From NCBI GenBank assembly GCA_017511685.1, contig JAFWJE010000008.1:9638-73637 (forward strand): DNA of 64,000 nucleotides, read 5' to 3'. Each line of letters begins with the position of its first letter. Within the stretch, counting starts at the first letter, position 1. This document shows positions 1-10,017 of the stretch, piece after piece. The notes beneath the pieces were generated by a model, which worked only from the letters and a program-made list of their open reading frames with translations, was not told where the DNA came from and did not search any database. The translations under genes were made by a program, and so were the position numbers. Source of the stretch: Candidatus Saccharimonadota bacterium (GTDB lineage: Bacteria; Patescibacteriota; Saccharimonadia; Saccharimonadales; Saccharimonadaceae).

Positions 1-279
1 AAGGATATGGTTTAATTCAGTCATGAGCGGGTGCTTAGTGCCGCGTTTTACTTCTCTGATATTAGCGTTGGCGGCGGCCGGAGCAGTAACGTCTAGTGGC
101 TCTACTGTGCTGGCTTCAGCAGCGTCTAGCGCTTCTTGTAATTCCCTGTCTAGGACCTGGCGTTTTTGGTTTAGGCTTTCACCAAAAGCCTTGCGCTCTT
201 CTGGTGCTAGGGATTTGATTTTGGCGTACTCAGCGCCAAGTGCCTTGATTTCTTGCTTGATTTTCTCAATGGTTCGCAT
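1..279 (-). CDS. pheS: Phenylalanyl-tRNA synthetase alpha subunit, 5' part (runs off window start)
   Basis: Manual translation MRTIEKIKQEIK...KAFGESLNQKR...PLDVTAP...RGTKHPL; N-terminal coiled coil followed by the DVT-P and G-HP motifs of PheS. Confidence 0.85.
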   Translation of the reverse strand, partial: MRTIEKIKQEIKALGAEYAKIKSLAPEERKAFGESLNQKRQVLDRELQEALDAAEASTVEPLDVTAPAAANANIREVKRGTKHPLMTELNHIL

Positions 280-327
280 AGGTTTTATTATATTATATCT
301 TGGCAAAAAATACAAATGGACATCAGA

Positions 328-555
328 TTAAATCGTGACGATGATGACGAGAGAAATCAGCGCGAGGACTACTAAGACTACCCATATCCAGGTGTGTTTG
401 CCAGTCTTTTTTAAATCTTTAGTGTAGTCAGCATCTTCTACGAGATCTGGATCGTTGGCGATAGCCTCAGCCGTGGCGCGCTCACGCAAATCGGCGGTGA
501 TACGCTCATTTAGGCGCGAGTTTTCATCATTATTTTTAGAAACTATAATACCCAT
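328..555 (-). CDS. Small membrane protein with C-terminal TM helix
   Basis: 75-aa ORF, hydrophobic C-terminus, TGTTATAAT immediately upstream. Confidence 0.7.
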   Translation of the reverse strand: MGIIVSKNNDENSRLNERITADLRERATAEAIANDPDLVEDADYTKDLKKTGKHTWIWVVLVVLALISLVIIVTI

Positions 556-685
556 AATTATTTCATTATAACATAAGCGTGGCGAAAAAGCCTAAAAAAC
601 GCAATTGGCTTACGTTTTTTTAGAAAAATTAACATTTTTGAAAAAACTATGCTATAATCGTTTCATATACCAACTAAGGAGGAAT

Positions 686-1624
686 ATGGCTACAACAAAA
701 TCTAAGAAGTCTCCTGCGAGGAAAACTTCTAAGCCTAAAACAACTTCTGCTAAGACCACTAAGGTAGTAGAAGCTGCTGTTCCAGCCAAACCTAATAACG
801 ATAAGCCTTCACTAAAGGGCTTCTTCGCTAAAAAGTTTGACCCGAACGAAACAATAGTAACAATATTTAAGAACCCACGCATCTACGGTGCAATTCTTGG
901 CGAGGTCATCGGTACTATGCTACTCACCCTCGTATTATTGCTCCTCGGCGTTTATCAGCCACTCTACATCATGTTTGGCGTGATTGCGATTTCCGCTGCG
1001 GTGTTTGGCCTTTCTGGCGCAAACCTCAACCCTATCGTGACCGTCGGTATGATGGCTACTCGCCGGATGTCTGCGATTCGCGGCATCTTGTACCTGCTCT
1101 CGCAGTTACTTGGCGCATGGCTGGCTTACTTCGTATCCGTCCGCTTTATTTCACACGCTTCGGATACTCCAGCCGACCAGCTCCCATCCATCGCAGAAAT
1201 TGCTGGTGACAACTTCTTTGTCATCACCATGCTAGAGTTCATGGGCGCTATCATCATCGCGTTCTTCTTTGCGCGCGCACTTTCTTACAAGCGCAGTGCT
1301 CTGACCTTTGCCGCAGTTTACGGTACTGGTATGTGCGTAGCACTTCTCATCGTGATTGTTCTTTCGTCCTCTTTCCTAGAGCTCCAGAACAATTTCATCT
1401 TGAACCCAGCCGCTGCGTTCATGTACAAAATCCTACCTACCGCCGGTGAGAACTTTGGCGAAGTCTTTGGCGCCATTTGTCAATCTCTACTCGTCTATGT
1501 GATCTTGCCAATGGTTGGCGGTGTCATTGGCTTCTACCTAGCAGACTTCTCTGGTAAACTTTCTGGCGAATGTCTAGTTTGTGGCAGAGGCTGCGCTGGC
1601 AAAGATTGCTGCAGCAAGAAATAG
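686..1624 (+). CDS. MIP/aquaporin-family channel
   Basis: Multiple TM helices; SGANLNPIVT and ILNPAAA motifs; AGGAGG SD before ATG 686. Confidence 0.85.
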   Translation: MATTKSKKSPARKTSKPKTTSAKTTKVVEAAVPAKPNNDKPSLKGFFAKKFDPNETIVTIFKNPRIYGAILGEVIGTMLLTLVLLLLGVYQPLYIMFGVIAISAAVFGLSGANLNPIVTVGMMATRRMSAIRGILYLLSQLLGAWLAYFVSVRFISHASDTPADQLPSIAEIAGDNFFVITMLEFMGAIIIAFFFARALSYKRSALTFAAVYGTGMCVALLIVIVLSSSFLELQNNFILNPAAAFMYKILPTAGENFGEVFGAICQSLLVYVILPMVGGVIGFYLADFSGKLSGECLVCGRGCAGKDCCSKK

Positions 1625-1637
1625 TTGCAACATACAT

Positions 1638-1670
1638 AAAAATAGCACTCGACTTTGAGTGCTATTTTTT
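1638..1670 (+). terminator. Intrinsic terminator
   Basis: AAAAATAGCACTC-gacttt-GAGTGCTATTTTTT hairpin plus U tract after the MIP gene. Confidence 0.75.
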
Positions 1671-1685
1671 GTAAAATAGTAATGT

Positions 1686-3659
1686 ATGCCAAAACAGGAC
1701 ATCCAGAATAACGCGGGTAAATCCGGCGAGAAAGCACCTAATGAAAAGGCGCTACGTACGCGCGTGAGAAAACGCTTTATGAATACCCGTACAAAGCAAG
1801 TAGTGATAAAATGCTTGATTTTGTTTGCCGCTGCGGTGTTTTTGACGTGGCTGTTAGAATACCGTTACTTTCTAAACAGTGCGCCGGACGCTTTCCAATT
1901 TATGTTTGACCGGACGTTAGTGTTTATTTATTCTGCGGTGATTATGTTCTTTATCGTGCTACTCATCTACGGTTTGGTGCGGCGGCCGTTTCTGGCGGTC
2001 AGCATCACCACTAGCCTAGTGCTGATAATCGGTTATATTAATATATCCAAGTTCAACTTTCGGTGGACACCACTTTTTCCGGAAGATTTTCAGCTGAGCT
2101 CACAAGCGGGAACGCTGACTAAGTTCGTAGACGCGGCCGACGTGGTGCGGCTGATTGTCGCGGTGATTTTGTGCGTGACGCTGGGCGTACTGCTGGACTG
2201 GCTGACGGCCAAGTGGCTAAAGCACGTCAATGTTTCTAGTAATGTTTGGTGGAAACGTTACCGTGTGATTTCCAGAATTGCCATCATTGCGGTGGCGGTG
2301 GCAGGTTTTATGGTGACGACGGATTTTGCGCGCAACCACCCACATGAGAGAGAAATCAAGCTGGCATTTCTTGACAGCACTTTTATTGACTGGGACCAAG
2401 TGAGGAATTATGAGGATAATGGTTTCTTGCTGGGATTTTTGTACAACCTTAACCAACTGGAAATTACATCGCCGGACGGATACAGCGCTGATAAACTAAC
2501 AGAGATTAAGCGCGAGCTAGAGATTAAGCGCGAGGGTGCGAAGGTAAGTAGATCCAGCTTAAAAGAGGTAGATGCCAACATTGTGTTTATTTTGAACGAA
2601 TCGTTTTATGATCCGACTAGACTAAGCGGCGACGTGTATAGAATTGAAGGTGGTGATGTAACGCCAAACTTACATCGCCTACAAGAAAACATCTTAAGTG
2701 GCACGATGTATTCGATAGATTATGGCGGCGGGACGGCTAACATTGAGTATGAGGTGCTGACCGGTCTGACTAATTATTGGCTAAAGACAGTGCCATACAC
2801 TAATCTTTTACCAAAACAGAAAGCCATACCGAGCGTGGCGCAATTTGCTAAGGACAGTGGCATGGGGACGGCCACTATCCATCCGTTTGGAGGAGGGATG
2901 TATAAGCGCGAAAATGTGCTACCTAAAATGGGGTTTGACACGATGATCTTTGAGAACGATTTTACCCACCGCGAAAAATACGGACGGAGCGAATATATCA
3001 ACGATGGCGAAACGTACCGCCAGTTGCTGGACTATTTGGCAGAGAAAGATGACAAGCAATTTGTTTCCGTAATCACGATGCAAAATCATGCGCCGTATGA
3101 TGCAGACCTATACGATGAAAAGGATTTTACAGTAACGGCTGGAAGTAATGGCGAAGCGCTGGCGGAGGATGAAAAAAGATCCATCGAAACTTATCTGGCA
3201 TCACTCCATAAATCGGATGAATTTCTAGAAACATTGATTAGTGGCGTAAATGCTCTGGATGAAAAAACTATAGTGCTATTCTATGGCGACCATAGCCCAG
3301 GGGTATTTCCGCAAGTAGTGACAAACGATGATAAAAATATCAGTGATTCCGTGCGTAAAACTCCGTACTTTATCTACGCTAATTTTGAGCTGGATGCTGA
3401 AAAAGTGACGGCGGTACTTGATGCGGAGGGGAGATTGCCGGAAACTACGCCAAACTGTCTGGCTAATACTTTACTTAATATCTTGGACACGAAAAAACCG
3501 CTAAACTTCTACCTACTAGACGAAGTCTGTCAGACAGAACCGATTCTGACCGACGTGTACTTTGGGAGCAAGGCGCCATTTGTTACTACGGCGCTTTCGG
3601 AATATAATTTGCTGACTTACGACGAAGTAACCGGCCGACAATACGCTGGGGCGCTGTAA
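1686..3659 (+). CDS. LTA synthase family (sulfatase-like phosphoglycerol transferase)
   Basis: N-terminal TM helices; NIVFILNESF, GGGTANIEYEVLTG, TMQNHAPY and FYGDH motifs. Confidence 0.9.
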   Translation: MPKQDIQNNAGKSGEKAPNEKALRTRVRKRFMNTRTKQVVIKCLILFAAAVFLTWLLEYRYFLNSAPDAFQFMFDRTLVFIYSAVIMFFIVLLIYGLVRRPFLAVSITTSLVLIIGYINISKFNFRWTPLFPEDFQLSSQAGTLTKFVDAADVVRLIVAVILCVTLGVLLDWLTAKWLKHVNVSSNVWWKRYRVISRIAIIAVAVAGFMVTTDFARNHPHEREIKLAFLDSTFIDWDQVRNYEDNGFLLGFLYNLNQLEITSPDGYSADKLTEIKRELEIKREGAKVSRSSLKEVDANIVFILNESFYDPTRLSGDVYRIEGGDVTPNLHRLQENILSGTMYSIDYGGGTANIEYEVLTGLTNYWLKTVPYTNLLPKQKAIPSVAQFAKDSGMGTATIHPFGGGMYKRENVLPKMGFDTMIFENDFTHREKYGRSEYINDGETYRQLLDYLAEKDDKQFVSVITMQNHAPYDADLYDEKDFTVTAGSNGEALAEDEKRSIETYLASLHKSDEFLETLISGVNALDEKTIVLFYGDHSPGVFPQVVTNDDKNISDSVRKTPYFIYANFELDAEKVTAVLDAEGRLPETTPNCLANTLLNILDTKKPLNFYLLDEVCQTEPILTDVYFGSKAPFVTTALSEYNLLTYDEVTGRQYAGAL

Positions 3660-3676
3660 AAAGTGACGGGGGAGTG

Positions 3677-5116
3677 TTAGCGATCTTTTGGAAAGAGCGG
3701 CGTAGCCGGCGGGACAATTTTACTGTTAGTATCCGAGGCGCCAGTAAAGATGTCGGTAATGGCCGTTGCGACTTCTGGCAAGAACGGCGCTAAGAGATGG
3801 GCGGTTTGGAGCAAATCAGTGGCGAATTTTTCTAGGATACTGATGAGCTCATCATGCTTTTCTGGAAGTTTGGCGAGTTCCCAAGGTTTTTTGTCATCAA
3901 TCTCTTTGTTTAGGGCGGCGACTTTTTCCCAGACGTAATCAAAAGCTTTTGTGAAACAAAAGTCTGACATCAGCGCGTCATATTTAGGGTCGGCGGCGGG
4001 CTGAAAATTAGTAAGGCCGGACAAATCTTGCTTTTTACAAAGGTTGGCGAGACGCTGGACAAGATTGCCGAGGTCGTTGGCAAGCTCGTTATTGTAAGCG
4101 GCGTGATATTTTTCCCAAGTAAAATCAGAGTCAGCAAAAGTATCGGCGTGACGTAAGAAAAAGTAGCGAAAAGCGGCAAGACCCTTGTCGGCTAGGACCT
4201 CTAGCGGGTCCACGACGTTGCCGATGGATTTGCTCATCTTCTGGCCGTCAGCTAAGACGAAGCCGTGAGAAACGATGGTTTTAGGAAGCGGCAAACCTAA
4301 TGCTAGAAGCATAGCTGGCCAAATAATCGCGTGAAATCTCAAGATGTCTTTGCCAACGAACTGTGCAGTGGCCGGCCAATAATCGGAGATGTCTTGGTCT
4401 GGGTAGCCTAGAATAGTAATGTAGTTTGAGAGCGCGTCAATCCAGACATACATAACTTGGCTGTCATCGCCGGGGACTTTTATGCCCCACTGTAGCTGGG
4501 AGGTAGGGCGTGAAATAGAAACATCTGGAGTATCTTTCAAAAGTTGTAAGACTTCTTTGGCGCGGAACTCTGGCAAAATCTGGAGTGCGTTTTCTTTAAT
4601 CGCTTTTTCTATTTGTGGTTTGAAATCAGCAATTCTTAAGTAGTAATTTTCTTCTTTTAGTTTTTGGTAAGGCTTGTTGTGGTCTGGGCAGGTGCCACTG
4701 TTTTCCTCGTATTCTTTGTCGGTGACGAAACGCTCACAGCCCTCACAATACCAACCCTCGTAGCTGTCTAAATAAATATGGTCTTTTAGTTTTTGCCAAA
4801 TGGCCTGACAACGATGCTCGTGAGTCTCATCGGTGGTCCGGATAAAATCAGTGGGTTCTACGCCTAGTTTCTGGATGAACTCTCTAAATTTGGCAGAATT
4901 CTCATCGACGTATGATTGGACGGGGATACCTAGTTCCTCGGCTTTTTTGTAAATCTTATTACCATGCTCATCGGTGCCAGCCTGAAAGCGGACAGTATTA
5001 CCCCGGGCGGTCTGGTAGCGGGCGTAGACATCGGCCAGTAGATAATCTAGGGCGTGGCCAATGTGCGGCGCACCATTAACGTACGGAATAGCAGTAGTAA
5101 TATAGATTTTAGACAT
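3677..5116 (-). CDS. metG: Methionyl-tRNA synthetase (short form)
   Basis: YITTAIPYVNGAPHIGH (HIGH), KMSKS, CxxC zinc knuckle. Confidence 0.97.
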   Translation of the reverse strand: MSKIYITTAIPYVNGAPHIGHALDYLLADVYARYQTARGNTVRFQAGTDEHGNKIYKKAEELGIPVQSYVDENSAKFREFIQKLGVEPTDFIRTTDETHEHRCQAIWQKLKDHIYLDSYEGWYCEGCERFVTDKEYEENSGTCPDHNKPYQKLKEENYYLRIADFKPQIEKAIKENALQILPEFRAKEVLQLLKDTPDVSISRPTSQLQWGIKVPGDDSQVMYVWIDALSNYITILGYPDQDISDYWPATAQFVGKDILRFHAIIWPAMLLALGLPLPKTIVSHGFVLADGQKMSKSIGNVVDPLEVLADKGLAAFRYFFLRHADTFADSDFTWEKYHAAYNNELANDLGNLVQRLANLCKKQDLSGLTNFQPAADPKYDALMSDFCFTKAFDYVWEKVAALNKEIDDKKPWELAKLPEKHDELISILEKFATDLLQTAHLLAPFLPEVATAITDIFTGASDTNSKIVPPATPLFPKDR

Positions 5117-5167
5117 ATTTTTATTTTATAATAGTTTCCTAGATAAGGCAAGGGCGTTAGGGCAAGA

Positions 5168-6373
5168 CTATTTAGCGATACAATTGTAGCCGGCTTCTGT
5201 GTAGGTATCGTCTAGAGTTTCGATGTCGGTGACTAGCTCGCCGCGGAGCGTGACGATGTCGAAGAGTTTGGCGGATTTAGAATCTAGGTCTTCGTATTCA
5301 GCTTGGTGGGTGACAGTAATGATGGCGCCGTTGCTGTCATAGGAGCTGGTGAATGGATCAGAAGTGAGGCCGAGATTTTCTACTTTAGCAGTGTAAGCAT
5401 CTCTAATAGTCTTGAGGCTGGCTTCGGCGGCTTCGGTGTTGCCGTAGTCTAGGGTCATAGTAGAGCCGATACTAGTCAACTCATCATCGGTATACATGAC
5501 GATGATGTTTTCCTCACCAGAATCAACTGCGCCGTAGTTAGTGAAAACTTCACTGCCGCCTTCTTTAGTACAAGTGAGGCTGGAGATAACCGGTGTGGAT
5601 GGGGTCGGCTGGGTGTTAGCGTTGGAGGAATTGCTGGAGCTGTTTTTCTTGGAACCACCGGTGCCACCAAAGATGAAAATCAAGACTACGACTAAGGCCG
5701 CGACGAGTGCTACTGCCGCCACGATGACAAGGATAGTACGGATGTTGGACTTGGACATACCGCCACCGGCTTTGTCGCCTAGAGAAAACTTTTTGTGCTT
5801 TTTCTTGAATTCATTGACTGGGATGGCGTTGTTGGGCGCGGTTTCGGAATAAATTAGCGCACTACCGATAGAGCCGGGGACAGGGTTGGCCGGGGTGAGT
5901 TCCTCCTCCTCGTCCTCTGGCTTTGGTTCAGCCTTAGGCACTGGAGCCTCACCGACAAAGTTGGCCGAAGCGGAGATGGAGCTGCTATCTGATTCTGAAG
6001 ACATAGGGGTCTCCGTTGACTCGGTTGAGTCGATTGAGTCTGGAGTCGGAGCTTCTAGGGATGGGGTTTCCGGGGTCGCTGGAGCTGCTGGGTCTGCTGA
6101 GGTTTCCGAAATGTCTGACATGGCGACCGCGCCAAAGGCTGGAGTCTCTGGGTTTGCTGGAGCTGGAGCTTCTGGGGTTGGGGTTTCTAGAGATGGAGCT
6201 TCTGGGGATGGAGCTTCTAGAGTTGAGGCTTCAGTAGGGGTCTCAAATGGAGCCGGCGCTTCTGGGGCTGGAGTGTCAGCCAGCGGTGCGCCCGCTGGCG
6301 TATCGCCCAGCGGAGTATCACCTGCTGGTGGTGGTGTAGTTGGTTCTGATGGTTGATTGTTATCCGGATTCAT
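5168..6373 (-). CDS. Membrane-anchored protein with long Pro/Glu/Thr-rich disordered N-terminus
   Basis: PEAP/ETP repeats, central TM helix, folded C-terminal domain with 2 Cys. Confidence 0.75.
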   Translation of the reverse strand: MNPDNNQPSEPTTPPPAGDTPLGDTPAGAPLADTPAPEAPAPFETPTEASTLEAPSPEAPSLETPTPEAPAPANPETPAFGAVAMSDISETSADPAAPATPETPSLEAPTPDSIDSTESTETPMSSESDSSSISASANFVGEAPVPKAEPKPEDEEEELTPANPVPGSIGSALIYSETAPNNAIPVNEFKKKHKKFSLGDKAGGGMSKSNIRTILVIVAAVALVAALVVVLIFIFGGTGGSKKNSSSNSSNANTQPTPSTPVISSLTCTKEGGSEVFTNYGAVDSGEENIIVMYTDDELTSIGSTMTLDYGNTEAAEASLKTIRDAYTAKVENLGLTSDPFTSSYDSNGAIITVTHQAEYEDLDSKSAKLFDIVTLRGELVTDIETLDDTYTEAGYNCIAK

Positions 6374-6434
6374 TAAAAGCCCTTCCCTTTTAGGATTAGT
6401 TTTCTCTATTATACTGCTAATGCTCTTTTTTGTA

Positions 6435-6467
6435 AATAAAGTGTTGTAAAAACTACAACACTTTATT
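6435..6467. terminator. Palindrome / probable terminator downstream of rsmA
   Basis: AATAAAGTGTTGTA-aaaac-TACAACACTTTATT perfect inverted repeat. Confidence 0.55.
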
Positions 6468-6487
6468 GAACTAGTAGCGCTGGCGTG

Positions 6488-7297
6488 CTAGGATTTAAGT
6501 CGCTGATAGAGTGCGTTCCACTGAGTGAGTGACAAATCGGCGGGGCGGGCGTTTTCGGAAACGTCGAGGCTGGCGAGGATGCTTAATAATTCAGGCTGGG
6601 AATTGACGGAGACATCTGCGATGGCGCCAAGATTCTTGACGAGTTTCTTGCGCGGGGCGGCAAAGCCTTTTTTGATAAAATCAATCACTGCGTCAGGAAC
6701 TTGGGGAGTTTCTAACGGCTCCAAAATAACCACGGCGCTGTCAACTTTGGGTGGCGGAGTAAACAAATTGCGCGGGACGAAGGGGCCAAGAGAAACCCGC
6801 GCGCGATTTTGGACTGACAAAGACAAAACAGTGTGTTGGCCTGGACCGGCAACGATGCGCTCGGCTACTTCTTTTTGGATGAGCAAAACCGCACGCAGCG
6901 GACGGGCGGCGGCCGCCAAGATTTTCATAATGATAGGCGAGGTGATGTAGTATGGAATGTTGCCGGCGATGACGTAAGGTTCCTTAATGTTATTGAGGTC
7001 GAATTGGAGAAAATCTTGATTTACAACAGTAAGGTCTTTGCCAGGAAAAGACCTTGGGAGGTTTTGCGCCAAACGCTCATCAAACTCCACGGCTACCACG
7101 CGCGGAAAAACGCGGAGCAAACTGGAAGTCAGCGTACCTAGTCCTGGGCCGATTTCCAGGCAAAGCTCGGCCGAGGCGGAAGCCGGAGCCGGAACGGATG
7201 CGGACGCCGAACTGTCGCCACGAGCTAACGCGGCGATTTCGTCTAAAATAGCACGGTCTTTTAGCCAATGCTGGCCGAGAGATTTGTTGTTTTTCAT
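6488..7297 (-). CDS. rsmA: 16S rRNA adenine dimethyltransferase RsmA/KsgA
   Basis: KSLGQHWL, LEIGPGLG, NIPYYITS, PPPKVDS; ATG overlaps upstream TGA (start moved to 7297). Confidence 0.95.
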   Translation of the reverse strand: MKNNKSLGQHWLKDRAILDEIAALARGDSSASASVPAPASASAELCLEIGPGLGTLTSSLLRVFPRVVAVEFDERLAQNLPRSFPGKDLTVVNQDFLQFDLNNIKEPYVIAGNIPYYITSPIIMKILAAAARPLRAVLLIQKEVAERIVAGPGQHTVLSLSVQNRARVSLGPFVPRNLFTPPPKVDSAVVILEPLETPQVPDAVIDFIKKGFAAPRKKLVKNLGAIADVSVNSQPELLSILASLDVSENARPADLSLTQWNALYQRLKS

Positions 7298-8442
7298 CAC
7301 TTGGCGTATTTCCCGTAAATGTCGTAGGCGTAGTTGATACGCATTTCCTCGCGGCAGATGCCGCAACGCTCAAACTGATTTTGGAAGGCGCGGGTAGCCT
7401 CGTCAATGGAGCTGCTGGCGGTGATGGCGGACTTGGCGCGCGCATAGCCGGTGTTTAGCTCATCTAGGAGGAACTGGAGCTGAGTGTAAATATCGTAAGG
7501 GTTATCACGCGAGAGGAGATTGGTGCGGCGGCCACCCGTCCACTGGGCGATACCAAGACCGCCGGCGGTGTCGGAAGTCTGGAAGCGGTGCTCTTGCTGA
7601 AGGTTACCCATAATACCGGCGGCTTGCTCTGCCGAGAAGCCGTTGCTAGTCAAAAACTGCCAAGTAATCTGCTCGTTTTCTGAGGCGGAAGTGGTGGCAC
7701 CGGCGGAGGCGGAGCGGGCGCCCTCTCTGACGATACGCTGGACCGGCTCTCTGACGACTTCGTCAGAAACCACCTCGCGGGAAACTTCCACGCCGTCTAT
7801 AAACTCCACTTTGTATTTTACTACGCGGAGGCCGTCCTCGCCGACTTGCTCGACTTTGTTTTCGCCGATAGGCATGGAATAATCTTTAATCACCTGTTCA
7901 CTATATGGCAAGTTGATCTCTTTGGTTGCGGTCTGGCCACCGTTTCTAGTGATTTTGTAAACGGTGGAGGCGCCGGTCTCTAGAAAATCTGTGTTCTCTA
8001 CTAGAGAAATCTCGTCGCCGTCGTAGACGGAAAAGCCGGCTTCCTCGGCGATGGTTTTTTCGTCGTAACTGGCGGTCATGTAGTATTTTTTGGTCTTGCC
8101 GTCGATGATGGTGACAGGGCGGGCGCGGTAAATGTTGATGTAAAAATTATCCATGTTAATCTTAGTACTCTGGCTAGGCTCGATTTTGTCGCTGGCATCT
8201 AAAGTGTAGCCGGCCTGGGTGAGCGCCTCACCGACGGTGGTGGCGCTGGTCCTTACGGTGTGTTTTTTGCCCTGATCGTAAAAAGTCACAAAATGCGACT
8301 CCGACACAAGGTAGGAGCCGTTTTCTTCCTCAGCAAAGGTGTTTTTAGTGATTTGGTTTAAGATAGTAACAAAAGTAAGGGCGGAAATAATAACGCCAAA
8401 AACTACCAAAGACACTCTTGTATGATTTTTTAGTAATCTCAT
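7297..8442 (-). CDS. DUF348/G5-domain cell-wall hydrolase with phage-tail-lysozyme-like catalytic domain (YabE/RpfB-like)
   Basis: TM anchor, ATTVGEAL ubiquitin-like repeat, G5 (QVGEDG...EPV), AAGIMGNLQQE and GIAQWTGGR; lies upstream of ksgA as yabE/rpfB do. Confidence 0.85.
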   Translation of the reverse strand: MRLLKNHTRVSLVVFGVIISALTFVTILNQITKNTFAEEENGSYLVSESHFVTFYDQGKKHTVRTSATTVGEALTQAGYTLDASDKIEPSQSTKINMDNFYINIYRARPVTIIDGKTKKYYMTASYDEKTIAEEAGFSVYDGDEISLVENTDFLETGASTVYKITRNGGQTATKEINLPYSEQVIKDYSMPIGENKVEQVGEDGLRVVKYKVEFIDGVEVSREVVSDEVVREPVQRIVREGARSASAGATTSASENEQITWQFLTSNGFSAEQAAGIMGNLQQEHRFQTSDTAGGLGIAQWTGGRRTNLLSRDNPYDIYTQLQFLLDELNTGYARAKSAITASSSIDEATRAFQNQFERCGICREEMRINYAYDIYGKYAK

Positions 8443-8503
8443 ACGTAATCTATTATAGCATAGGGTGGCGGAAGGCTGTCAAGTGTGGTATAATCTAGGA
8501 AAT

Positions 8504-8590
8504 CCCCGAGTGGCGGAATTGGTAGACGCGCTAGCTTCAGGTGCTAGTGTCTTTCCGGACATGCTGGTTCGAGTCCAGTCTCGGGGACCA
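8504..8590 (+). tRNA. tRNA-Leu(CAG)
   Basis: Cloverleaf CCCCGAG/CTCGGGG, loop TT-CAG-GT, long variable arm, TTCGA, encoded CCA; GTGGTATAAT promoter upstream. Confidence 0.97.
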
Positions 8591-8595
8591 TTTTT

Positions 8596-9927
8596 TTAGT
8601 GTCTGAAGGCGAACCAGGCGCCGGCGGAGAGGATAGTGACGACGAATACAGTCATGGAAAAAGTGGAGGTGGCGAAGGAGACGCTGGCAGCGCTGAGGGC
8701 GCCGGAATCTGGGGCGCCAACCTTGGTGGCGATGGCGAAGCCAGAGAAGCTCTTGGTCTTGAACGTGATGGTGTGAGCCTCGGTGTCGTAGCTTTCAATC
8801 TCAATGATTTCATATTCATCGCCGTCGCCGATGTTGTGGACGAGGACGACTTTGGAGACGTCAACGTCGTCGGCGAGTTTCAGAGTGATGGTAACGTAGC
8901 CGCCTAACTCGTGAAGTTGGTTAGACCAGACATCAGTACTATCAGCCTTACCCTTGTAGAAAATGTTGAAAAAGTCAATATCTAGGAAATTAGAGATAGC
9001 GTAGCCTTTGGCAGCTTCGTCAAAACCAGCGATTTTACCAGCTTCTGGCTGGACATCGGTGACGGAAATACGTGCAGTACCGCCGCCTAGTGCGGAGGAA
9101 CTGAGGCTGACCGTGCCACCAGCGACAGCATCGGAATTGACATTAATCACATCGGCAGTCTTAGTGAATACGGCTGCAAAGTGGATATGCGTCTGTGGCA
9201 TAATAAAGACATATTGGTTAGGAGTGGCTTGAGGTTCTAGCGGCTGGCCGTTGGCGCTGACGCTAGTTAATTGGTAACCATACTCTGGAACAAATTCAAA
9301 GACCACCCTGGAGCCTGGACGGATAGCTGCCCAGCCGGAGCCATTTTTAAGACCGTAGCGGTCGGCGCCTTCTAGGACGTAGTTGCTAGGGTCAACAAGG
9401 TTACCATCGGCATCGTAAACGGCGATAATCTTAGCATAGCCATGCTGGATAAGAGCGTCCTCATCATCAATGTCGGTGGCGCCAGGATTAGCCCAGATGA
9501 TAGTATAAGTCTCAGCACCGCCGGAAAGCGTGAAACCGAGGGCGTAAGTAGCCTGTTCTGATACAGTGATACTATAACGGTCCTCACCGAGAGAGGTGAA
9601 TGGAGTGTCAGTGCCGTTAACAGTAACGGCGTCTAAAGTGTAGCCAAAGAGCGTGCTATATTCAATGCCGAAACCAAATTTAATGACGTGGTTGCCGAGG
9701 GTACTATCATAATTAACGGTGCCGCCGGTGCTGGGTAGCTGGTGTTCATCAAATTCAATGTTGCCTTCTAAATATTGCTGACCGCTGGCAATAGTGATAG
9801 TAGATGACACAGGGTCTCCAACGGCGGCGAAAGCGGCGTTAGACTTTAAGACTGGTAAAGCGAAACTTGCGACGCTGAAAAACAGAGCGGCAAGGAAACG
9901 AGATAGTTTTTTCATAGATGACTCCAT
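8596..9927 (-). CDS. Secreted/surface protein with beta-rich repeat domains and C-terminal TM anchor
   Basis: Signal peptide; two GY-L-x-V-x-x-NG repeats; APDSG followed by a hydrophobic helix. Confidence 0.8.
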   Translation of the reverse strand: MESSMKKLSRFLAALFFSVASFALPVLKSNAAFAAVGDPVSSTITIASGQQYLEGNIEFDEHQLPSTGGTVNYDSTLGNHVIKFGFGIEYSTLFGYTLDAVTVNGTDTPFTSLGEDRYSITVSEQATYALGFTLSGGAETYTIIWANPGATDIDDEDALIQHGYAKIIAVYDADGNLVDPSNYVLEGADRYGLKNGSGWAAIRPGSRVVFEFVPEYGYQLTSVSANGQPLEPQATPNQYVFIMPQTHIHFAAVFTKTADVINVNSDAVAGGTVSLSSSALGGGTARISVTDVQPEAGKIAGFDEAAKGYAISNFLDIDFFNIFYKGKADSTDVWSNQLHELGGYVTITLKLADDVDVSKVVLVHNIGDGDEYEIIEIESYDTEAHTITFKTKSFSGFAIATKVGAPDSGALSAASVSFATSTFSMTVFVVTILSAGAWFAFRH

Positions 9928-10017
9928 TTATTACCTTTAGTATAATACAATTACTATAGCGATGTCAAGCATTTTGTGGGAGGTGAATATGCCAAAAATT
10001 TTGTGATATAAATAGAG

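Noticed and set aside
23-331. 102-aa + strand ORF
   Set aside because: Antisense shadow of pheS
1643-1664. CIRCE-like TAGCACTC...GAGTGCTA
   Set aside because: Spacer is 6 nt rather than 9 and a T tract follows directly after a gene, so a terminator fits better
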